Source: a virus. From it: a stretch of 64,000 nucleotides of DNA. Position 1 is the first letter of the stretch. Every line of letters begins with the position of its first letter. Under the pieces are notes generated by a model that had not been told where the DNA came from, made no database searches, and worked only from the letters and a program-made list of their open reading frames with translations. A program made the translations under genes and the position numbers. The stretch spans positions 1 to 64,000 of IMG/VR virus record IMGVR_UViG_3300031949_000005. One strand, written 5' to 3'. Of this stretch, positions 30,677 to 40,990 are shown piece after piece.

Positions 30677-31011
30677 CTATCTTCTGCTAAATAAGATTTG
30701 ACGTTATTATAGATATATTCCCATGTGATTCTAAACATTTTAATAAATACACCTTCTACCATTAATTTAATTTTACAATCTTCGGTTTCTTGTATAGATA
30801 GATTCTTAAATTGAATTTCCTTATCATCAATATAGCCATGATGCTTGTGTATTTTACGAATTAATTCGTAAAAATTTTCTGCCCTACAACTCGTTTCTAT
30901 ATTTTCGGGAGAATTTGATAAAAAATAAATCATCTCATCGTTTCCCTCGTAGACAAATAGACCTTCTGGGTTACTTGTGCATCTTATAAAACTCATACTC
31001 GACCCTTTCAC
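30673..31011 (-). CDS. hypothetical protein
   Basis: Tiles; probable start at MSFIRC. Confidence 0.55.
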   Translation of the reverse strand: MKGSSMSFIRCTSNPEGLFVYEGNDEMIYFLSNSPENIETSCRAENFYELIRKIHKHHGYIDDKEIQFKNLSIQETEDCKIKLMVEGVFIKMFRITWEYIYNNVKSYLAEDR

Positions 31012-31310
31012 AATCCCGTTTGCTTAATTTTTTAAGATTTCTTATTGCGCCTTACGGCGCTAGCAAGACCAAGATTATATCTTAGATTACTTATAATCTT
31101 GAGCTTATTTATAATCTTAAGTTTTATTTATCTTAGTAAGAAATTATAAGTCTTTTTCTTATAATAAAGGTCTGAAAGTGATTATTGGTTGCATATAAAA
31201 TAAAGTTTAATACGTAAATCTACACTTAATAACCGTGTTTACGGTATCAAAAACCGATATATTATCCTAGAGACACATATTTTGTTACAATTCTGTTACA
31301 TAAATAGTAT
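31012..31310. promoter_or_regulatory. about 300 bp non-coding region with palindromes and short repeats
   Basis: GCGCC-TTAC-GGCGC hairpin, TTATAATCTT x2, TGTTACA x2, possible minus-strand TTGTAA-N18-GATAAT promoter. Confidence 0.45.
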
Positions 31311-33095
31311 TTAATCATTAAATTTATTCTCTTTTGGTCTTATTAATTTCATTATATAATTATTTAATTGTTTAATATTTTCTTTTTTAATAGCAAAAAA
31401 CGCAGATTTATGCTCTTCTTTTTCTACCCTTAAAGCGAATTCCTTCATAGTGTGATTTTCTTCTAGACTATTATTAACAAAAGAATAAATTATAATAATA
31501 CGTTCAAATAATTCACGATATTGTTTTTCTAATTGATTGCTTATATTATCAAATTCATTTATATAATCTTGATCTAAATCTTCTTTATATTTTTCCGGAA
31601 CCAAACCATCTTCCATTAATTTATAGATATTTAATGGTGTTATATTTTGAATTAATTTAGACCTTCTTAAATAATCCTTATTTTTTATTTTTACTCTTAA
31701 TCCATTATTAAACCTTATAACAAATCCTTCGAACTTATTTCCTGGTAGCGAGTCAACATAATTAACTATTTCTTCGTAAGACTTAAGATCCTTAGTTTCA
31801 GGGGTATCGAAACCAAATTCCTTACCCCACTCCAACACATGTTCCCATGAATACTCCTCTCCTGTAAATCTATTAAATGCCGCCAACAATATTAATTTTT
31901 CTTGTCCTGCGTAATCGACGACTATTTTGGTAATATTACTAATAATTTCGAATACGAGAGTCACTTCTGGAGGAAGGCTTGATAAATTGTGTTTAGATTT
32001 TAATATATTTGTAGCTTTTTCAGCACCTGGGCTATAAAACGAACCCCTGGAAGCTATTTTAAATTCGTTATTATGCCTATATAAAATTCCAAGCCACCCA
32101 TCTTCTTTTGTGAATATTTTAAATCCATTATTCCACGGTAATATATTTGCTTGTGTTTCTGGCTTTTCATTAATATTGAAGAACTTAGATAATGGTCTAG
32201 CTACACATTCTAGTGTGTCTATATCAAAAATATGTCCACGACTATTTAGTGTTATATCATCCCATTTGTTTTCAAATACACATCTGTCGGTATATGTGTA
32301 TATTTTAAAGCGATCCATTTTATCACAGCGCAATAAACCTTGCACCATTAAATCTTCTCTTGCTTCGATATCGTTTTGATTATTTTTATCTATTTTTATA
32401 CCCTCTGTTTCTATGATTTTTATTTGGTTATTTTCTATAACTGCTGCCCTTAATACTCCACCGAAAACTGCGCCCCCGTCTAAGCAAAATACGTTTGGAT
32501 TTGGGTTTACTGATTTTTCAACTATATGGCCACAAACGACATTGAAAGATCCATCCAAATAATCGTACCAAATACCGCCAAAAGATTCGTCAAAATAATT
32601 CTTGGGGTTAATGCCACGGATATATATACAAGATTCTTTGGTTTGATTTTCTGGTAAAATTCCTGGAGCAAATCCAGCATGGACAACATATAATGGTTTA
32701 TTGTCAATATATGGTAATTTAATTATACACGGAAGATTATCAAGATATTTTATAATATCATTTTTATCCATATCCTTGATTTGATTTATAGTTTTCTTTA
32801 ACCCTGGAGAGATGGATACTTTATTTCCTTTTAAGTATCTTAAAAGTTTCCAACAATGATTACCCATAACAGAATATGTATTTGGGGTATTCATAAAATA
32901 TTTTAGAACTTTATCGCTTAGAGGACCCCTGTCAGTGAGGTCTCCAACTGCTATAACAATATCATTATCTATATCATAATTACATTTTTCTAACAGATTT
33001 AGGAATTGTATATGACATCCGTGTATATCCCCAACTATTATTATTCTTTTGTCTTTCAAGGAAGATATATCTAATATTTTTGCATATTCTTTCAT
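31311..33095 (-). CDS. metallophosphoesterase fused to T4 Rnl1-type RNA ligase
   Basis: GDIHG, GDLTDRGP, GNH, HAG, GH; then KFFN..E, KEDG, ASRGSF, EGFV, RVKIK. Confidence 0.88.
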   Translation of the reverse strand: MKEYAKILDISSLKDKRIIIVGDIHGCHIQFLNLLEKCNYDIDNDIVIAVGDLTDRGPLSDKVLKYFMNTPNTYSVMGNHCWKLLRYLKGNKVSISPGLKKTINQIKDMDKNDIIKYLDNLPCIIKLPYIDNKPLYVVHAGFAPGILPENQTKESCIYIRGINPKNYFDESFGGIWYDYLDGSFNVVCGHIVEKSVNPNPNVFCLDGGAVFGGVLRAAVIENNQIKIIETEGIKIDKNNQNDIEAREDLMVQGLLRCDKMDRFKIYTYTDRCVFENKWDDITLNSRGHIFDIDTLECVARPLSKFFNINEKPETQANILPWNNGFKIFTKEDGWLGILYRHNNEFKIASRGSFYSPGAEKATNILKSKHNLSSLPPEVTLVFEIISNITKIVVDYAGQEKLILLAAFNRFTGEEYSWEHVLEWGKEFGFDTPETKDLKSYEEIVNYVDSLPGNKFEGFVIRFNNGLRVKIKNKDYLRRSKLIQNITPLNIYKLMEDGLVPEKYKEDLDQDYINEFDNISNQLEKQYRELFERIIIIYSFVNNSLEENHTMKEFALRVEKEEHKSAFFAIKKENIKQLNNYIMKLIRPKENKFND

Positions 33096-33625
33096 TGTTT
33101 ATTTTTCCATGTTCGATTTAATCTAATATCTCTTATTGTTTGTCTGTTTACGGAAAATATTTTTCCTATTTGAATATTTGTTAAGCCATCTTTAATCATA
33201 TCTTTTATTAAAATTACTTTTTCTGAATTAAGTTTGGCACTTGGATGATTATCTCTCGTAAAAAGATATCTAGTTTTAATTAACATATTGGTTCCGTGTT
33301 TAACTGTATCCTTGGCATTTTCTGATTTGGAGCCCCATTTTAAATTATTTAAATTATTATTATAAGAGTTACCATCTATATGTAAGGATTCCATATCTAT
33401 TGGACAGATACCAATAAATGTTAATAGGATTATTCTATGAACTCTATATGGTTTTGAAATTCCATTTTTACTAAGATCTACTCTTTTATAACCTTTTCCA
33501 TTGTCGGTTTGTTTTAATAATCTTTCTTTTCTACAAAATTTACCGACTAATCTTTTTATATTACCAAAGTTAGAAGCTATATAAATTCCTTCATATCCAG
33601 GGATATCTTTCCATATTTCTTTCAT
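33092..33625 (-). CDS. NUMOD4-HNH homing endonuclease
   Basis: EIWKDIPGYEG.Y..SN.G; VHRII..F; HIDGN..NN..NLKWG. Confidence 0.9.
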   Translation of the reverse strand: MKEIWKDIPGYEGIYIASNFGNIKRLVGKFCRKERLLKQTDNGKGYKRVDLSKNGISKPYRVHRIILLTFIGICPIDMESLHIDGNSYNNNLNNLKWGSKSENAKDTVKHGTNMLIKTRYLFTRDNHPSAKLNSEKVILIKDMIKDGLTNIQIGKIFSVNRQTIRDIRLNRTWKNKQ

Positions 33626-34659
33626 TTTATCTTTTCTATTTTAATTTTTCCATCTCTTAATGCCTCATATAGATCATATAAAACCATTTTACTACGATCG
33701 TTACTTCGGCAGATAAAACAACCTCTACGATTTCTTTTACAATGAGAATGTTCTAATTTTTCTGTTAGAGCTATGCGAGCATCATAAAAAGCTGATAATA
33801 TATATTCTTTTTTTGGTAATTTTATCATATTATTCTTTTTCTTTTAGGATTAAATTAAAATCTTTTATGTTTCCTATACATTTTCTGTTTCTTCGCCGAG
33901 ATATTTTATTTAACTCATCTTCCGATATATTATTTAGGTTATTTATGAACTTAAACGGTTCTGATAATCTGTTGGCACTATCTTGTAATTCGATTAAGGT
34001 TCCCCAACCAAAACCTGTTTGAGCCAGCATATATATAGTTTCATAATCTTCAAAAGTAAATAAATCTCCACACCTATAACTTGTTAAAGTAATCTTTTTT
34101 TCATAATTTGGCATAAATTTTCCTTTAATATAATATCACACCTAGACCCATTGAATCTTGTTTTAGTGTAAAATTTGAAAAATCCGGAAGTTCAACATAT
34201 TCTTCTGGTTCTAAATTGGGTAAATATCTTAGTATTGCTGATATTATAAGATGTGTTTTTTCTGTTACTACCGCGAAGGTTGTTTTACCATACATACCTC
34301 TTCCAGAATAATCTTCTCTTAATTCTGCCTCTATTCCATTATATTCTAATGCGTTGATGAAAAATTCCGCTTGTTCTTTAGTCATTTTTTTATTTTCCTT
34401 AGTAAGATAATTCTATTTCGTGTTTTTTCTTACATTCTGGACAGTCCATTATTTTTAACTCTATAATATAACTATTATCATAAGACTCATAAGATTGTAA
34501 AAAGTAATCATATGTATATGTTTTTAGTTTAATTTTCGTTCTTTTTTGTGTATTTGGACACAAATAACTTATATATATTTTATAGTCATGATATTTTCTA
34601 CTCATTTTATAAATCTCCTGGCCAAATATATGGTAAATTATCTGGTTCATTCCATCCAA
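33622..34659 (-). other. run of four small hypothetical CDS (33622-33828, 33830-34114, 34125-34385, 34399-34659)
   Basis: Tile on minus strand; 34125 carries a YSGRGMYGK motif I associate with phage hypotheticals. Confidence 0.55.
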
Positions 34660-35023
34660 ATTGACTATAATAATTTCTATCTTTTCTTAAAAGATTACTT
34701 CTATGAGAAGCATGAAATTCGTTATTTCCTAACCATTTAGGATATTTTATGTCTTGAAATGGTGATAAATCATATAATTTCATTGTATTTTTATATCCTC
34801 TTTTAATCCATTCTTTAATCATACAATTCATATAGTAACCTAATGCGTTGTTATATCCAATCCACATCTTAATAATTGGATGATTTTTCCATCTACTATT
34901 GAGATTTGTTCCAGTCAAGATATTTAATATTTGATAAGCTTCTACTCTTTGCTTCCCTAATCTTTGATAGTCAAGTATTTGCGCGGATCTTTTAAAATTC
35001 GGAACTGGTAAAAATGTTTGCAT
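34607..35023 (-). CDS. pyrimidine-dimer glycosylase-like (MSMEG_6728 family)
   Basis: MQTFLP..LD..RLGKQRVEA.QI, HP..MW, SHRSNLLRK. Confidence 0.85.
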   Translation of the reverse strand: MQTFLPVPNFKRSAQILDYQRLGKQRVEAYQILNILTGTNLNSRWKNHPIIKMWIGYNNALGYYMNCMIKEWIKRGYKNTMKLYDLSPFQDIKYPKWLGNNEFHASHRSNLLRKDRNYYSQFGWNEPDNLPYIWPGDL

Positions 35024-35218
35024 TATATTATTTCTTTTTTGTTTTTCTATTATAGTGATTAATTGTCTTAATTGTCGTGTGTATTCTATCTTCTTTGATC
35101 CAATGAGCGATTTGTGAGGCCATACTAGGAGATAAACCTTCTAGTGCATAAAAATCTGGGCAATCTTTTCTAAGTCGATTAAGTATTTCTAATATATCTT
35201 TATTTAACATATTTTCTC

Positions 35219-35407
35219 CTATGGTTTAAATGTAACTCCAATAGATGGATGAGATAATATATCTGATTCGATCATTAAGATTAATTTAATTTCATAGCTA
35301 TCAAGAGCTTCTTTGGAAACTCTCGTCATTGGTGGACCCGCACGCATTGATTTAAATTTTTGTAATATAAATTTTTTTACAGCGCTTTTATTTAATAAAC
35401 TAGACAT
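35219..35407 (-). CDS. candidate histone-fold protein (62 aa)
   Basis: LLNKSAVKKFI - RVSKEAL - long helix - GVTFKP. Confidence 0.55.
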   Translation of the reverse strand: MSSLLNKSAVKKFILQKFKSMRAGPPMTRVSKEALDSYEIKLILMIESDILSHPSIGVTFKP

Positions 35408-35645
35408 TATCTTACTATCCTAAATCTCAAACAGAATAATCCCCATCCGAAAGATAAATCAAATAAACACTTGACATTATTTTTAATTTCTTTGTTGTTA
35501 AAAATAAGTGTGAAAACTGGTAATAACCAAAATGGTAAGCCAAACGAAGTTCCCATACCGAATGTAGTTTTAAAGATATTAAAACCCATCCATCTACATT
35601 TATCTTTTTTGTTATAATTATTAAAGAATTTCATTTTATTTTCTT

Positions 35646-36464
35646 TCAATTATTAAATCCACCCGACATACAATACGGACTACATCCCATTATATTTAAA
35701 CTTACGAATTGATTATTACTGCTTCCAACCCCATTTTTTGAACACAACAAACAAGTCATTCCTTCTTGTAATTTTTCTTCTCTCCATAATATTATTTTAT
35801 GTTTTATTGCTTCGTATATAAATTGTTGAAAATTTTCAATAGGTGAATTACCGAATGGACACCAGTGTATTAAACAGTTTTCGTCTATAAATATGAGTTT
35901 TCTTTGAGCCTCATTTCTACACATTGCGCCGTAATTATTGGTTGAATTATTCCATTGATGGATTTTTATTTTATTATCATATGCTCTTCCCAATGGTGCA
36001 ATTAAATCCAGAAATCCTACTTGTTGTATGAAGATATGTTTATAATTCTTAAATATTGTTTTTAATTTTTGATAAGCTAATATACCATATTCCTCTTTTG
36101 AATGATATTGTGTTTGAGATATTCTTATTGTTATAGATTCATTTTTTAGAGTATTAATTAAATCAATAAATTTGTTCAAAGATTTTTTATTTTTAATGAA
36201 AACCCCATTTGTAATTATACCAATTTGTGTTTTATTTTGCGATATATTATATATTAGATCAGTATAATGGGGTATTAATGTTAACTCACCACCAGTAAAA
36301 CAAATATTTATGTCGTCATTAGGAAGCCATTTATTAATTTCTTTACTTTTTTCTACAAGAAAATGTTCTTTATAATGTGGCGATGATCTAAAAACACAAT
36401 GGTCGCAAGATTCATTGCAAAAATTTGTCAATCTAATTAATATTTCATTTTTCATTTTTAACAA
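35646..36464 (-). CDS. radical SAM protein
   Basis: CNESCDHC, FTGGE, ITNG, GRA; C-terminal Cys cluster. Confidence 0.85.
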   Translation of the reverse strand: MLKMKNEILIRLTNFCNESCDHCVFRSSPHYKEHFLVEKSKEINKWLPNDDINICFTGGELTLIPHYTDLIYNISQNKTQIGIITNGVFIKNKKSLNKFIDLINTLKNESITIRISQTQYHSKEEYGILAYQKLKTIFKNYKHIFIQQVGFLDLIAPLGRAYDNKIKIHQWNNSTNNYGAMCRNEAQRKLIFIDENCLIHWCPFGNSPIENFQQFIYEAIKHKIILWREEKLQEGMTCLLCSKNGVGSSNNQFVSLNIMGCSPYCMSGGFNN

Positions 36465-36519
36465 CTATCCAATAACAATGATTTTTTCTAAGATGTTTAA
36501 AAGAACTACTTTTATCCAT
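36445..36519 (-). other. 24-codon remnant resembling the methyltransferase C-terminus
   Basis: MDKSSSFKHLRKNHCYWIVVKNEK vs ...LHLRKNHSFFIVIKNHG. Confidence 0.6.
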
Positions 36520-36523
36520 AATT

Positions 36524-37062
36524 TTATATATTTATATGTTTCCAAGTTCGGTTTTTATCTATATGGGATATAGCGGATTCTCCTACGTTGAAGATTTTTC
36601 CTATTTGTTTTTTAGTTTTATTATTTTGCCTAAGCATTAATTTTATCTGCATTACTTTATCTTCTGTTAGTTTCGAAAAATGATTATTTGATCCTTTTAT
36701 TATTGGTGGTTTCTTATTAGTTCCGTGTCTTATTTTGTCCTCCCAATTTTCTCTATATGTTCCCCATCTTAAATTTTCGAGATTATTATTTTGACGATTA
36801 CCATCAAGATGACGACAAGAATATCCTTTAGGTTTTGGTCCTACGAAAGACGATAATACAAGACCATGGATTCTGAATGTTTTTCCTATATTTTTTTAAA
36901 TAATTTAACAGAAATATATCCGTGTTTTTCTATATATTGAGCCAATTGTTTTATCAAAGATTTATTATGGTTTGTTTTTAAACTTCTTACTTTTCCGGTA
37001 TTAGATACCTCGTATTGATCCTCATATCCTTGAATTGATTTCCATATTTCTAATTTATCCAT
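36524..37062 (-). pseudogene. frameshifted NUMOD4-HNH endonuclease (not in ORF track)
   Basis: MDKLEIWKSIQGYEDQYEVSNTG...LFKKI*; after the A7 run near 36891-36897 another frame reads IHGLVLSSFVG..CRHLDGNRQNN..LRWGT. Confidence 0.85.
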
Positions 37063-37681
37063 GATTTTTAATCACTATGAAAAATGAATGGTTTTTACGT
37101 AAATGAAGGATATTATTCCATTTAGAAGAATTCATAACGTTGTTTCTTATTTTAATAAACATATCATCTACGTTCATACCAAGTTTAATTGCTTCATTTA
37201 TTAAATCACAATGTTGCCACTGGTATCTTCCGGAATGAATCATATCTCCAATTTTAGCAATGATTATTCCTCGTTTTTTTATTATTCTTTTTGCTTCAAT
37301 TAAGAATGGAATAAATATTTTTGAAATATTCAACCCATCTCTATCCACGTCATTATTTGTTATTCCATAACATTCTTTATATACTTTTGAAGAATACTTC
37401 GAGTCTCCGTCCGAAGTCAGGAATGGTGGATCAAAAACAACAATATCTATACACCTATTCTCTAATGGCATCTTCTTAAAACTCCCAACTATTATTGTAT
37501 TATATTTAGGGTCAATATCTAATGTAATAGTGGGTTTATATTTACATTTCTTCCACATTTTACCTGTATTGTATGTACAATCTAATACAACTGGATTTTC
37601 ACACGGACTATGCATAGGAATTAAAATGTCTAATATCTTATGATCTTGTAAATAACCTGCACTTAATGGTCTATTATTCAT
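37055..37681 (-). CDS. amino (N6-A/N4-C) DNA methyltransferase-like
   Basis: VLDCTYNTG SAM-binding motif; VVFDPPF catalytic motif. Confidence 0.78.
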   Translation of the reverse strand: MNNRPLSAGYLQDHKILDILIPMHSPCENPVVLDCTYNTGKMWKKCKYKPTITLDIDPKYNTIIVGSFKKMPLENRCIDIVVFDPPFLTSDGDSKYSSKVYKECYGITNNDVDRDGLNISKIFIPFLIEAKRIIKKRGIIIAKIGDMIHSGRYQWQHCDLINEAIKLGMNVDDMFIKIRNNVMNSSKWNNILHLRKNHSFFIVIKNHG

Positions 37682-38330
37682 ATATTCTCTTTTTGTATTT
37701 TTTATGTTTTCTAACAGGGGTTATTAGAGTTTTTTCTATTGACCAACCAAGTTTATCTAATCTGTCTCTTATAATATTTCTAGAAAAATTACGTTCTTCT
37801 GCCCATGCGGATCTACATTGTGTTTTATTATTAAAAGTTTCTAATTTATTGTGTCTACTGTTTCTATTTTGTGTTTTCATGGTGGTTAATCTGCAATTTT
37901 CTGGTGAATAATCGCCACCATTATTTGTTCTATCTAGAGTTAGTCCAAATGGTATTTCTCCAATATCTGTATAAAAATTCTCGAATCCTTTAGGATTTTT
38001 ATTTGACCACCTATAACAAACTTTAATTTTTCGTTTTCCGTAATATTTATAATCTTTTCGAGTTGAATCGTTACATCTATTATTCATATTTTGCCATATA
38101 TTATAAGATCTAAGATGTGAATATCCATGCTTTAAATTATTTCCCCTTTTCATTATACATCCACAGCTTCTAGTAGATCCACTTATTAAACTACTTCCTT
38201 GAATTATTTTTTGATTTCCACAGCCACAATCACATAACCACATAGCCGCCCCATAATCACTGTTTTTAACTCTTTTAACAACAGTTAATTTGTCAAATTG
38301 TTGTCCCGTTAAATCTATAAATTTGGGCAT
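37674..38330 (-). CDS. HNH endonuclease (DLTG..F..LTV family)
   Basis: WLCDCGCG, SCGC, W.NM..RC, YYG.R.I.VC, TLDR.NN. Confidence 0.82.
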   Translation of the reverse strand: MPKFIDLTGQQFDKLTVVKRVKNSDYGAAMWLCDCGCGNQKIIQGSSLISGSTRSCGCIMKRGNNLKHGYSHLRSYNIWQNMNNRCNDSTRKDYKYYGKRKIKVCYRWSNKNPKGFENFYTDIGEIPFGLTLDRTNNGGDYSPENCRLTTMKTQNRNSRHNKLETFNNKTQCRSAWAEERNFSRNIIRDRLDKLGWSIEKTLITPVRKHKKYKKRIYE

Positions 38331-38339
38331 ATCATTTTC

Positions 38340-39464
38340 TCATTCACATTCTCTTACTCTTATTCCTATTGGAAAACGTGGCAATCCATCGGTAGTAAAA
38401 TTTTGAAATTTAACAGTTAGTTGTTTACCAATAGCAATTTCCGGATCGGCCAGATATTTTTTAAGATTTTCTAGAGACCCCTCCATTTTACACGAAAATT
38501 CATGCCCATTTTTTGTCCTACACATAAATATTGCGCATGACGACATTCTCCCCCTACCTTCTTTTACACCAATTATTTCAAATTCTTCATCGGAGAACGA
38601 TTTAATTTTTTGTAGACCATAAGATCTTCCGTGCCTGTATAGGCTTTGGCTGTTCCTTACCATGCTTCCTTCATACCCTGTTTTTTTATCTATTATGAAA
38701 TAATCCATCAACTCTTCTGCACTATTTACTTTCCGCGTTTCGACTTTTACGATTTTACTACTATAATTAGATTTACCAGTAAATTTTATTTTTTGAATTT
38801 TTTCGGCTCTTTCTTCAAAAGTTAATTTGTCGTCTATTAGGTCATAAATATGATATTCGACTATCGTATGCCCATCCTTGGGTATTTGAGATCTTATAAA
38901 AGACGTTATTACTTCGAATGAATTTTTATAGTCGTGATTATATAATTCCCCATCAAGAATAATACTCTGGTTCGGGAATGTCTTTTCTATCGCATCAATA
39001 ATATGGGGAACACTGGTTATCGGTTTACGAGCGCGAGACCATAAGGTACACTTCCCATTATTTACAACACAAGCGCATCGGTGTCCATCCAATTTAGGTT
39101 GAGAATAACATGGATAGGTAATTTTAGCCTCGTGATCCCGGAACTTATGGGCAAGCATCACCTCTTCGCCGCCGACTATAAATTGCTTATCCACATTTCC
39201 TTGTCTTGCTTCTTCCTCGGTTTGACAATATCCTGATTTTAATTTTTTTTCCCATTGGGCTTGTGCTTCTAATATTGCTTGTTCTTCTGGCGTAGTTTGA
39301 TTGATTTTCCCTATATTTTTGCCATTTGTAATTGTGTCAGATGTTACTTGTATTTTACCACCTAATTTGCCATATTCTTTTATAATTGTATTTTTTTCAA
39401 CATAAATTGTCCATTGCTGGATAGAACCATCGCTATTTAATGAATATAATGTATTTTTTTTCAT
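38340..39464 (-). CDS. ATP-dependent DNA ligase
   Basis: QPKLDGHR, LDGELY, YEGSMVR, KIK, PRFP. Confidence 0.92.
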   Translation of the reverse strand: MKKNTLYSLNSDGSIQQWTIYVEKNTIIKEYGKLGGKIQVTSDTITNGKNIGKINQTTPEEQAILEAQAQWEKKLKSGYCQTEEEARQGNVDKQFIVGGEEVMLAHKFRDHEAKITYPCYSQPKLDGHRCACVVNNGKCTLWSRARKPITSVPHIIDAIEKTFPNQSIILDGELYNHDYKNSFEVITSFIRSQIPKDGHTIVEYHIYDLIDDKLTFEERAEKIQKIKFTGKSNYSSKIVKVETRKVNSAEELMDYFIIDKKTGYEGSMVRNSQSLYRHGRSYGLQKIKSFSDEEFEIIGVKEGRGRMSSCAIFMCRTKNGHEFSCKMEGSLENLKKYLADPEIAIGKQLTVKFQNFTTDGLPRFPIGIRVRECE

Positions 39465-39469
39465 TTATT

Positions 39470-39676
39470 TCATAATCCTAAAAGGTGTTTACCATCTCTA
39501 AGTTCAAAAGAATTATCTCCAATGAATTCTTCTATACTCATACCAATAAGTGTAGAATCTTTTAAATAAGTTGTTGCCCTCATCTTGAATATAGGAAAAA
39601 TTCCTTCTTCACAAACATCTATTCCACAACAAAAACAATCTTTATCGAATAAAAGTTCTACAGTCCTATTTTTCAT
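39470..39676 (-). CDS. hypothetical protein
   Basis: Tiles. Confidence 0.5.
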   Translation of the reverse strand: MKNRTVELLFDKDCFCCGIDVCEEGIFPIFKMRATTYLKDSTLIGMSIEEFIGDNSFELRDGKHLLGL

Positions 39677-39876
39677 TATTTGTCTCCTATCTTTTGACGG
39701 TTTGCTCTTTTGATTTTTGTGTTATATTCTTTTTTCTTAGAGATGTTTTTAGTATCCCCTAGGGCTTCATTTATTTCTTTAATAAAATTTTCACATTCAC
39801 TGCCAGAAAATTCATGACCATCTATTAAACAATCACCATTTTCATCAATGATAATTTCTATTCTCTTATGATTCAT
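39676..39876 (-). CDS. DUF2997-like protein
   Basis: IEIIIDENG...FSGSEC....EALG.....KKEY. Confidence 0.75.
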   Translation of the reverse strand: MNHKRIEIIIDENGDCLIDGHEFSGSECENFIKEINEALGDTKNISKKKEYNTKIKRANRQKIGDK

Positions 39877-40489
39877 TAGCCTGCTCCTCTAATACCTCAA
39901 GCCATCCAGGCATAGCCTTACTTATGTTATAAGATTCCATTACCCTATTAATTAAATCAAACACTGTTGCAATATCACCTTCATAAAATGCCCTTTCGGC
40001 TATATCATCAGCATTGCCCATACAAATAGAACCATCACCAACGTGTGGGTGTGGGCATGCTTCATCAATTGATTTTAATGCATCAGCCACAAATGCGAAC
40101 TCCGATTCAAGCACTATTCCAGCTCTGAATTTACCTACTTTAATATTATCAAATTCAAGAGATTTTGTTAATATAGTAAGTTCATTAGTTTCTTCATCAA
40201 AATTCAAACTTCTAAATTTACGTTTAGTTTGTTTTAAACTTTTTTCTATATTATCGACGGAAGGTTTATAAAGTTCTTTTGCTAAATTAAGATTATTAAA
40301 TGAGTCACGAATTGATTGAAATCTTATTTGTACATCATTGGGTAATTTTTTCCCAGAACATAAAGTATCTAGTTTTAATAATTTTGGTTTTATAAATGTT
40401 TTATATGAGTTAATAATATTTTTAATATATTCTTGATTATTTGATTCTATTATTTCGTAAATTATCTCAGCAACTTTCTTATTATTCAC
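39866..40489 (-). CDS. stand-alone E2 (UBC-fold)-like protein, paralog of 53332..54540
   Basis: PHPHVGDGSICMGN...AFYEG.I...FD.I. Confidence 0.72.
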   Translation of the reverse strand: MNNKKVAEIIYEIIESNNQEYIKNIINSYKTFIKPKLLKLDTLCSGKKLPNDVQIRFQSIRDSFNNLNLAKELYKPSVDNIEKSLKQTKRKFRSLNFDEETNELTILTKSLEFDNIKVGKFRAGIVLESEFAFVADALKSIDEACPHPHVGDGSICMGNADDIAERAFYEGDIATVFDLINRVMESYNISKAMPGWLEVLEEQANES

Positions 40490-40949
40490 ATATTTCTCCT
40501 AATTTATTATTAACTTCTGTGATTAACATACTTCTTCCTTCATCGCAATCCTCTGAGTAACAACCAACATATGCCTTTCCTTTATTTGTATATAATTTAC
40601 CTCCAAAACCAAGTATACCACCAAATCTGAATTCGTTACACTTATCATAATTTTTTCTATAAAAATCTATGAAACTATATTCAAGAGATTGATGAGCACC
40701 ACATTGGTTTTTAAGGATTCGCCATATTTCTCTCTCTTTACGACTAGTTCTACTATCAAAATATCTTTTAAGATTTTCTAATTCCAATTTCATGTGACAT
40801 AATATTATACTGGACAATATTGATTCTTTATTTTCGAAATATGTTATTATAATCTTAGCCGATTCGATAGCGTCAAATAATTCTTCATCAGAAATAAACA
40901 TCTTAGACGAAGCTTTTGCACCATTTATTATTTGTTCCAATTTAATCAT
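40482..40949 (-). CDS. hypothetical protein
   Basis: EFRFGG.LGFGGK motif; AGGAG upstream. Confidence 0.6.
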   Translation of the reverse strand: MIKLEQIINGAKASSKMFISDEELFDAIESAKIIITYFENKESILSSIILCHMKLELENLKRYFDSRTSRKEREIWRILKNQCGAHQSLEYSFIDFYRKNYDKCNEFRFGGILGFGGKLYTNKGKAYVGCYSEDCDEGRSMLITEVNNKLGEICE

Positions 40950-40990
40950 TTTATTCTCCTTGAGAATTTAATTTTTCTAGTTGGATAGTG

